Below are positions 54,803-64,000 of a stretch of 64,000 nt of DNA, piece after piece. The stretch is taken from NCBI RefSeq assembly GCF_009914755.1, contig NC_060927.1. The stretch is one strand, 5' to 3'. The stretch is from the human T2T-CHM13v2.0 reference genome, Homo sapiens. The notes beneath the pieces are model-generated. The model did no database searches. It saw only the letters and a list, made by a program, of their open reading frames with translations, and was not told the origin of the DNA. Within the stretch, counting starts at the first letter, position 1, and the number at the start of each line of letters is the position of its first letter. The position numbers and the translations under genes are program-made.

Positions 54803-57195
54803 TAATGTGGTTTGAATATTTGTCACCTCCAAATCTTATGTTGAAATGTGATTTTCAATGTTGGAGATGGAGCCTAGCGGAAGGTGTTTGGGTTATGGGG
54901 GCAGATCCTTCACGAATGGCTTGCTGCTCTCCCCACAGTAATGAGTGAGTTCTTGCTCTGTGAGGTCATGTGAGATCTTGTTTGAAAAGGAGCCTGACAC
55001 ATCTCTCTCTCTCTTATTGTCTCACCATGTGATATGCCTGCTCCTCCTTCACCTTCTGTTATGATTGTAAGCTTCTGAGGCCTCACCAGAAGATGAACAA
55101 ATGTTGGTGCCATGATTGTACAGCCTGAAGAACCATGAGCCAAAATAAACGTCTTTTCTTTATAAATAATCAAGTCTTATGTTTTCCTTTATAGTAACAC
55201 AAATAGACTGACACAGAAAATTGGTACCAAGAAGTTGGGCATTGCTATAAAGATACCTGAAAATGTGAAAGCAACTTTGGAACTGGGCAAGGTGCAGAGG
55301 TTGAAAGAGTTTGGAGGGTTCAGAGGAAGACAGGAAGATGAGGGAGAGTTTGGAACTTCTTAGAGAGTTTTTAAGTATTTTGACCAAAAGGTTGATAGAA
55401 ATATGAACAGTGAGGTCTACTGAAGTGAAGACCTTTAAGATGAGGTCTTATATAGAAATGAGGAAGTTACTGGGAACTGGAGCACAGGTCACCCATGTTA
55501 TGCCCTAGGAAAGGGCTTGGCTGCATTGTTTCCATGTCCTGGAGCTTTGTGGAAGGTTGAACTTAATGTGCCACAGCTACTTTTAAAGCTTAGATCAGAT
55601 ACAGGAGCAAAGAAATGACTTTAAGTTCAAAGTTATATTTAAAAGGGAAGCAGAGCATAAAAGTTTGGAAAATTTGCAGCCCAGTCCTTTGGTGGAGAAG
55701 GAAGGAGCATTTTCAGAGGAGGAATTCAAGTGGGCTGTGGAGAACCACTTGCTAGAGAGATCAGCATGACTGCAAGGGAGCCAAATGCTAATAGCCAAGA
55801 CAATGGGAAAAAGACCTTGAAGGCATTTCAAGTCTTTGTGGCAGCCGCTCCCATAACAGGCCCAGAGACTTAGGAGAAAAGAATGGCTTCATGGGCCAGG
55901 TCCAGGGCCCTGCTGCTCTGTGTAGCCTCGGGATACTGCTCTCCACATCCAGACCGCTCCAGCTCCAGCCTCAGCTAAAATGGCCCCAGGTACAGATCCA
56001 CCTGCTGCTTTGGAGGGCACAAGCTATAAGCCTTGGCAGCTTCCACACAGTATTATGATGTCTGTGGACACATGGAATGCAAGAGTGAAGGAGACTTGGC
56101 AGCTTTCACTTAGATTTCAGAGGATGTATTCAAAAGCCTGGATTCCCATGCGGAAGCCTGCCACAGTGGCAGGGCCCCCACAGAGAGCCTCTCCTATGGC
56201 AATGCTTGGAAGAAATGTGGAGTTGGAGCCCCCACACAGAGCTGCCACTGGTGCACTGCCTACTGGAGCTGTGGAAATGGCATTGCTGCCCTCCAGGCCC
56301 CAGGACAGTAGAACTACCAGCGGCTTGCACCCTGAGCTTGGAAAAGCTGCAGGCACTCAACTCCAACCCATGAGAGCAGCCTTGGGGCTATACCCTGGAA
56401 AGCCACAGGGGTCGAGCTGTCCAAGGCCTCAGGGGTTCACCCCATACCTCAGCGTGCCCTGGGTGCAGGGCGTCGAGTCAAGGATTACTTTGGAGCTTTA
56501 AGGTTTAATGTCTGCCCTGCTGAGTTTCACACTTGCATGGGGTGTGTTGCTCCTTTCTTTTGACTGATGTTTCCCTTTTGAAATGGGAATGTTTACCCAA
56601 TGGCTGTGCCACCATTGTATCTCAGAAGTAAATAACTTGTTTTTGATCTTACAGGCTCATAGGTGGGAGGAACATGTCTTGAGTCTCAGATGAGACTTTG
56701 GACTTGACGTTGAAATGAGTTAAGACTTTAGGGACTATTGAGAAGGCACAATTTGTATTTTGCAAAGTAAGGACATGAGATTTTGGGGGCCAGGGGCAAA
56801 TAATATGGTTTGAATATTTGCCTCCTCCAAATGTCATGTTGAAACTGATTCCCAATATTGGAGGTGAGGCCTGGTGGGAAGTATTTGGGTCATGGGGGCA
56901 GATCCTTCATGAATGGCTTTGTGCCCTCCCTGTGGTAATAAGTGAGTCCTCACTCTGTGAGTTCACATGAGATCTGATTACTTCCCCCTTCTCTCTTACT
57001 TTCTTGCCATGTGATATACCTGCTGTCCCTTCACCTTCTGCCATAATTGTAAGCTTCCTGAGGCCTCACCAGAATCTGAGCAGATGTTGACACCATATTG
57101 TACAGCCTTCAAAACTGAACCAAAATAAACCTCTTTTCTTTATAAATTACACAGTCTCAGGTATTTCTTTCAAGTAACACAAATGGACTGACACA
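54803..57195 (+). mobile_element. Full-length MST (MSTB-like) MaLR element, LTR-internal-LTR
   Basis: LTRs at 54803-55215 and 56801-57195; internal region begins gaaaattggtacc; purine tract gggggccaggggcaaa before the 3' LTR. Confidence 0.92.
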
Positions 57196-57220
57196 ACCAT
57201 AATTTGTAGAAATGAAAAAA

Positions 57221-57503
57221 GGGCCTGTGATCCCAGCGCCCTGGGAGACTGAGGCAGGAGGATCACTCTAGGCCAAGAGTTTGAGACCAGCCTGGGCAAC
57301 AGAGCAAGACCCCCTTCTCTACAAAAAAATTTAAAAATATAGCCAGGCATCATGATACACACCTGTAGGCCTAGCTACTCCAGATGCGCAGGCGGGAGGA
57401 TCACTTAAGCCCAGGAGTCTGAGGCTGCAGAAAGCTGTAATCATGTAACTATATTCCAGCCTGGGCAATAGAGCAAGACCTTTCCTCTATAAAAGAAAAA
57501 AAG
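57221..57503 (+). mobile_element. AluJ, 5'-truncated
   Basis: gaggcaggaggatcac...gggaggatcacttaagcccaggagtctgaggctgcag; A-rich tail. Confidence 0.88.
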
Positions 57504-59979
57504 ACAATTTAAAATCTTCAGAAAAGGTATCTCTGGATGGACAAATATGAAGCATGGTATTGGAGCATCTTGAAATGAGGATGGTAGGGAATTTTCTGTC
57601 AACTCTGACAGCTGCCATGTTTTGTGAATGATGTGGCTTACCAAGTTGTATGAAAAATTGTATGAAATGAGTATGCCTTACAGAGTAAGCTAAGCAACTG
57701 AGGAAAATTTAATTGGTTTGAATATGATAGAAGAAAAGCAAGCCCTGCATTTTATGTGGAGCCATTATTTGAGAAGCCTGTGCATTGTTATTAGTAAGTC
57801 TTACTAAATTCTGAAAATGTTGTCTTTGGTTCTAAAACCATCCCTGCTTTTAAGACTAAATGTTTTCTGTTCCTTTTAAGGCCTCCAGGGTGCATTTAAA
57901 CCTCCCTTTCCTACCTGAAGTTTGTCATGTGTTAGCCACTTTGGTTTCCACTGAGTGAAGCAACATCCCATTGGGTTTTAGAGGTGCTTCAATCAATTTC
58001 TTACAGGAACTCCCTTGTGACTACCAAATCAAGTTTTCTCTTTACCTTCCAGGAAAATATAGACACTTTCATATATCCTCCAAGTTCTTTGGGCCACTTA
58101 AACTCAGGGAAGGATATATGTGGGTCTTTCCATGCATTTCTGTCATTAGAGGTATTTGGGCTGCCTCGCTGAGGGTAATCCTGGGCACCCACTACCAACA
58201 TGTGCCACAGACAGTGGCAGACTTTCTACTTTTAAGGTAGCTCTTTTTCTGTGTTTTCTTTTTTCTTATTAACATAAGAAAAAGGAATTGATGTTTATTT
58301 CCAGAGCCTCTTTTTCACTATATAAAGTAGTGATTATTGATGTTCAACTGTTTTTTAGTTAATTTACCTATTCATTCATTATTCACTTACTGAGTATTCT
58401 ATATACAAGGCACTGTGCTTGGAATTCTTTTCATATTCTATTTTTGAATGCAAAGAATAGGCAGAATAAACACATAGAAAAGAGAGACACATGTTCTTGC
58501 CAGGGTTCTAGACCTGGCTTTGTTATAATGTCCATAACACTGTGTGACCATGAACAAATCCCGTTCTCTCTCAGGAACTCTGTTTCTTCCACTGTGAAAG
58601 AAGATGGTGCTGGTTGATCTCGAAGTATGCTCTAGCCCTAGATTCAAAAGAATGTAAGCCTGGGGTGCAAAGCTTCATGATTGCACTTTCTCAACCTGTG
58701 ATGGAGAATCACAGGAAAAGGTGGGATGGAAAGATTTCTTCTAAAAGGTGATACACTTTAAGGGAAATACTCCTTTATTTCCCCTTAATTAAACCTTTTC
58801 TCCTCTTATTAGTATGACACAAGAAAAGAAGATGAAACTTATTTAAAATAAACCCAAGGCAGACAAACAAAATGCTTTGTTATTGTAAATAGAGGGTGGT
58901 AACAATTTTTAGAAAATTAACCAACTTTATTTTTAAATTACAAAGGTAGCATATACTCACTGCACGAAATTTAGACAATAATAAAAAGCAAAGGAGAGTG
59001 GGATAAAATTTAGCAATAATCCCACTATTCAGAGATACTCACTGTTAGCATTTTATTGTGCTTCTGCATAGTCTTATAGTTTTTTATAGCTCCAAATAAA
59101 ATTGAGAATATTCTTCATATAATACACTTTGTTTTACAAAACACCATGTTGTCAATAATTATAAAATAATGCATACCTATTGTTATAATTTTGCAAACTA
59201 TTTAAAAATAAAGAAGAAAAAGATAATCACCTTAATCATCATTTTAATTCTTAGATAATAAGACTTACTCTCTCATTTTGTGCTTCATGCTTTATTTTTC
59301 ACAAAGATCTTGTTTGAGACTTGGCGCTATTTTTCAGTCAACATTGTTTCTTCAGAGACGCGTGACACTTTCCTCCTTAAGCACAGGTAAAACAGCATGC
59401 GGTTCCTACCCCATGGACACTTCTCTTGGCAGCACAGGGATTAACTTGGCATCAATTACACTAAGTGCTATTTAAGGAGGGAGGAGGTGTAACCTGGAAA
59501 TTAAACCATTAACACTAAATTAAGGCCATCATGAAACAGTCAAGAAGCCTTTTAGACACAAATACTCTTTCTTCTCTATCTTTCTGCTTTATACAGAAAT
59601 CAGGACTACCTTTCTTTTCAAGACAAGTTTCTCCTGCTTTCTGCTAAGGCAATTGGCGCCATGCTGCATTTCAGGGCTCATGAAGAATTCACTTTCCCAC
59701 AAAAGAAGCATTTATAGTGCATATTTTTTGTAGTCTATATTAAGCTTTCTGTGTATGTGTGTGCATTTGTGCCCAGGTACACATGTGAAAATTTATAGAC
59801 ATCTACCTAGGCATTTTTAAGCATTCAAACTCAAGTCATAAATACTACAGAAAAAAATTATAAAGGGAATAGAAGTCAGAATACATTTTATTTTTGTGGT
59901 TAATATGTTTCTCAATCTGGCTAACTTTGATTATCTTGTTATATAGAAGGTTTTAATATATCAAAAAATTTACAATATT

Positions 59980-60230
59980 TATCTATTTATTAATATTTAT
60001 TGAGGGCCTACTATGTGTCAGAACCTCTAGTAGGTATTGGGGCTAGAACAGTGAACAAATAGACAAAATGCCTGACATCCCAGAATTTTTTCTCCAGAAG
60101 AGAAAGGCAAACAAAAAGAAAATAAATAAATAAAATATTTTAGATGTTAATAAGTGCTTGGGAGAGACAATAAAGCAGGGAAGAGGAACAGAAAGTTTGT
60201 ATGGATGTGAGTAGGTGTTGGTGGGTGACT
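59980..60230 (-). mobile_element. L2 3' end
   Basis: atatttattgagggcctactatgtgtcag...cagtgaacaaatagacaaaat. Confidence 0.75.
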
Positions 60231-60409
60231 TCATTGTTTGTGCTTTTATAATAAAATATCTTAGACTAGGTCATTTGTAAGTAACAGAAATTTATTTCTC
60301 ACAGTTATGAGAGATAGCTATGAAATTATTTTGACTGAAAACCCAAAGATCCTAAGGTGCTGGCAGATTTGGTGTCTGTTAAGGACTTGCTGCCTGCTTC
60401 CAAGAGGGT

Positions 60410-61578
60410 TGTAAACCCAAAAGTATCTGAGACAGTTATCAGTCAATTTAGAGGTTTATTTTGGCAATGTTAAGAACCATGACTTGTGACACAACCTCAG
60501 GAGGTCTTGAGAAGATGTGCCCAAGGCGATTGGTTGGTTTCATACATTTAGGGGCACAGAAGGTACAGGCCAAGATATAAATCAATATATGTGTGGTATA
60601 CATTTGTTCAGCCAGGAAAGATGGGACATCTCAAAGTGAGGCCTTCCAGGTCATAGGTGGATTCAAAGATTTCCCAATTTGCTGCCAGTTGAAAGTGTCA
60701 AACTTTGCCTAAAGTGTTTGAAGTCAGCATAAAGAAATGCTTGAGTTAAGATAAGAGGAAGTTGTAGAAACCAAGGTTGTTGTCATGTATATGAAACCTT
60801 GAGGTAGCAGGCTTCAGAGAGAATAGACAGTAAATGTCACTTATTGGACTTTAAAAGGTGCCAGACTCTCTGGAAAAGATCTAGTAAGAGGAGGCGATTC
60901 TCTACAGGATGCAAATTTCTCCCACAAGAGACAGCTTTGCAGGGCCATTTCAAAATATGTCAAAGAAATATATTTTAGGGTAAAATACTTTGATTTACTT
61001 CAGGGCCTACTATCTGTCATGTGATGCTATACCAAAGTCAAGTTGGAATTTCGTATATTTATGGTACGAAGAGCCTGCTTTGTTAGTCTTAAGATCTCTG
61101 TTTTTTTTTTTTTTGAGACGGAGTCTCGCTCAGTCGCCGAAGCTGGAGTGCATGTGCCATCTTGGCTCACTACAAGCTCCGCCTCCCAGGTTCACACTAT
61201 TCTCCTGCCTCAGTCTCCTGAGTAGCTGTGACTACAGGCGCCCACCACCATGCCTGGCTGTTTTTGTATTTTTAGTAGAGACGGGGTTTCGCCAGGATGG
61301 TCTGGATCTCCTGACCTCTTGATCCGCCCACCTTGGCCTCCCAAAGTGCTGGTATTACAGGCATGAGCCACCGCACCCTGCCAAGATCTCTGTTTTAAAG
61401 TTAATGCTAGTCAGTTGTGCCTAAACTCCAAAAGGAGAAGGAAATAATGAGGCATATCCAATCCCCGCTTCCAGTCATGGATTGAACTAGCTTTTCAGGT
61501 TTCTTGGGGGATCCCCTTGGCCAAGAGAGAGATGCATTCAATAAGTTGGGGAGATTCGAATTTTATTTTTGGTTTTCA
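60410..61578 (-). mobile_element. MER4 (MER4D-like) ERV1 solo LTR
   Basis: tgtaaacccaaaagtatctgagacag...ttttatttttggttttca; perfect 4-bp TSD GGGT. Confidence 0.88.
61101..61382 (-). mobile_element. AluY-like, nested in the MER4 LTR
   Basis: caagctccgcctcccaggttcacac diagnostic; TSD AAGATCTCTGTTTT. Confidence 0.92.
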
Positions 61579-63127
61579 GGGTGCCTTGCTGCTATGTCCT
61601 CCATAGGAGATGAATGCTGTGTCCTCAAATAGTGGAAGGGTGGAGGGAAAAAAGTCCTAGCTAGTTCCCTCCAACCCAGTTATAAAGCACTAATTCCATT
61701 TATGAGGACAAAGCCCTCAAGGCCTAATCATCTCCTAAAGGTCCCACTTCTTAATACTGTGGCATTGGGGATTAAGTGATTAAGTTTCCAAATAGATTTT
61801 GAAGGGGACACAACATTTAAACCATAGCATTCCATTCTTGGCCTCCCATAGTTCACGTCCTTCCCTCTTACAAAATACGTTCACTCCATCTCAATAGTCC
61901 CAAAAGTGTTAACTTATTCCAGCATCAACTTTAAAGCTCAAGTCCAAAGTCTCAATTCCATTTTATCCGAATCAGATATGTGTGAAACTCAAGGTATAAT
62001 TCATCCTGTGGCAAATTTCTCTTCAACTGTGAGTCTGTGAAATCAAACAAGTTACATGCTTCTAAAATACAATAGTTGGACAGGCTTAGGAGAGACATTT
62101 CCATTTCAGGAAGGGGAAATAGGAAAGAAGAAAGGATTGATGGATCCTGACCAAATTCAAAACCCAAAAGGGCAAACTCAAGGCTTGAGAATAATCTTCT
62201 TTGACTCCATATCTTGTCTTCTAGACACGCTGGTGTGAGATTTGGGCCCCCAAGACCCTAGACAGCCAGCTTTTCTGGACACAGCTTATGCCACAGTTCT
62301 CAGGTTTTGGAGTCTGGTGCCTGTGGCTCTCCCAGGCTGGAGTTACACACTGCTGTGCCTACAGGTCTGGGATCTTGAGAGCAGCCCTGCCCCCATGGCT
62401 CCATTAAGAATTTCTCTACTGGGGGCTCTATGTGGCAGCCCTGCTCCTGTGGCAGTTCTCTGCCTATGCCCTTAGGCTCCCTGAGATATCAATTTGAAAT
62501 CTAGGTGGAGGTGGCCATGCCTGCCCAGCTCTTTCAGTCTACACAGCTGCAGAACTGGCATTGTGTAGATGTCACTAAGGTTTAGTGCTTGAGCCTTCTA
62601 AAGGATCAGCCTGAGCTAAACCTGGCCTACATGAGCCATAGTTGGGGTGGCCAAGGAACTCCTCCCGAACGTGTGGAGAAGAAACTTCAGGTGACCCTGG
62701 GCAGTGAGCCTCAAGGCCCCAGGAGCAATGTGGGCTCCTCCTTGAAACCATTCTGTCCTCAAGACCCTGGATCAGTGGGCCTGTGATAGGTGTGGCAGCC
62801 ACAAAGTTCTCAGAAATGCCTTCTGGGTCTTTTTTTCCATTGTCCTGATGAATTACAGCATCTGCCTTTCTTCTATCTATACTAATCTTAGCAAATGTTT
62901 GCTTGGCCAAACTCTTGGCTTTCTGATATAGTCTGAATCTGTGTCCCTACCCAAATCTCGTCAAATTATAATCCCCAATGTTGGAAGTGAGCCCTGGTGA
63001 GAAGTGATGGGATCCTCATGGGCAGGAGGATGGAGCAAATAAGGAAAGTGAGAATAATATCTGGGAAGAGCTGCAGCTAGGATGCCAACCCAGGTTTTTC
63101 CAAAGCCTCATGTAGGTCCACTAAACC

Positions 63128-63275
63128 AGCACTGTCCAAAGCGTGGCTCACTTTGGGAGCTTGTTAGACATGAATAATCTTAGGGCTCATCTCAGACCTT
63201 CTGCATCAGAATCTGCATTTTATCAAGGTCGTCGGGTGATTCTTATGCACATTAAAGTTTGGAAAGCGCTTCTCT
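63128..63275. mobile_element. MER5-family fragment
   Basis: gggagcttgttaga...atcagaatctgcatttta...ggtgattcttatgcacattaaagttt. Confidence 0.8.
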
Positions 63276-64000
63276 ACCCTACTGCCCCCGAGGATGGGCT
63301 TCTTAATATTCTGATGAGAGTCCTGCATCCCAAGCAACCCCCTGAGTGCCAGGCAAACTGGGATGGTAGATCGATCAACCTTCTATCACTGAAGGCACAG
63401 TTGGTCATAATGAAGAACATCTGCTAGACGTCATTGCTCTGGCCCTGTGCCATTCCTTCCAGTGCTCGCACTGTCTGCCTCTGGAACAATATCATTCCTA
63501 GAAGAGGCCCCTCACAATAGGTGAGCTATGGAAAGTCATTTGAGATCTGACGAGATTAAAGCACTTCATACAACTATCCACCCAGAATCATGATCATTGC
63601 TAAAATAACCTCACACAGTGTATAGCAGATGTGAGAATGTGTGAGGCAGGGCTCAACCTGCCCAAGCTTATCAAAGAGAAAGTTTCTCCCTGAGAAGCCA
63701 AATGCTGTGAGAGAGACCCCATAGAATGTGCCAGACTGGAAGGAGCCATCAGTCTTGTGAGCTGCTTCTCTAGCTCTTCAGAAATAATGAGTGTCCAGCA
63801 TCCAGCAGGATGTGACTAAATGGCTAGAAGTTATAAAGCTGAGTGCCAACTGAGAGACTGTCCCCACTAAACAAATCTGCCAACAACCTCTGCACACACA
63901 AAAAAACCAAATTAGGTAAATGGCCAGGCCACTCTGGAACCAAAAGCTTTCTCACTCTCCCAACATGATGTGTCAGGCATCTGGTATGCCAAGATGATGA

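Larger units (their letters stand above)
60235..62923 (-). mobile_element. MaLR (MST/MLT1A-type) LTR plus partial internal region; LTR split by a MER4 insertion
   Basis: LTR halves at about 60235-60409 and 61579-61829 (ends aaaccatagca); internal sequence caatagtcccaaaagtgttaacttattccagcatcaac follows. Confidence 0.82.

Noticed and set aside
55980-56501. Longest ORF in the track (173 aa)
   Set aside because: Lies in the MST internal region; a residual MaLR frame surrounded by stops, with no gene structure

Overview
Primate (very probably human) genomic DNA, repeat-rich, with no prokaryotic-type features. The only supportable coding sequence is two spliced + strand exons (18786-18848 and 19635-19814). 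Together they encode PEHLPLQTQFKEREVGNLQHS|NGLNSRSFDYEDENPVGEDGIQQMYPLYNQMCYQDRSPGKHHQNNDPKRVYIDPREHYV*, which I recognise as the cytoplasmic tail of the beta-type isoform of nectin-3 (NECTIN3/PVRL3), ending in an afadin-PDZ-binding motif (EHYV). The ORF track misses both exons. Bases 1-18785 are a long intron. Bases 19815 to about 27880 are a transposon-poor stretch that looks like a 3' UTR with proximal (ATTAAA 20580) and distal (AATAAA 27851) poly(A) signals. The remainder is dominated by Alu, L1, L2, MIR, MaLR/ERVL/ERV1 LTRs and DNA-transposon fossils, including a decayed ERVL provirus and a full LTR-int-LTR MST element. I found no convincing new biological system. The best leads are regulatory: candidate isoform switches that would remove the PDZ tail, and three let-7 8mer sites plus a (UG)21 tract confined to the long UTR. 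There are also several unusual repeat rearrangements. Repeat subfamily names come from recalled consensus sequences, not from a search.
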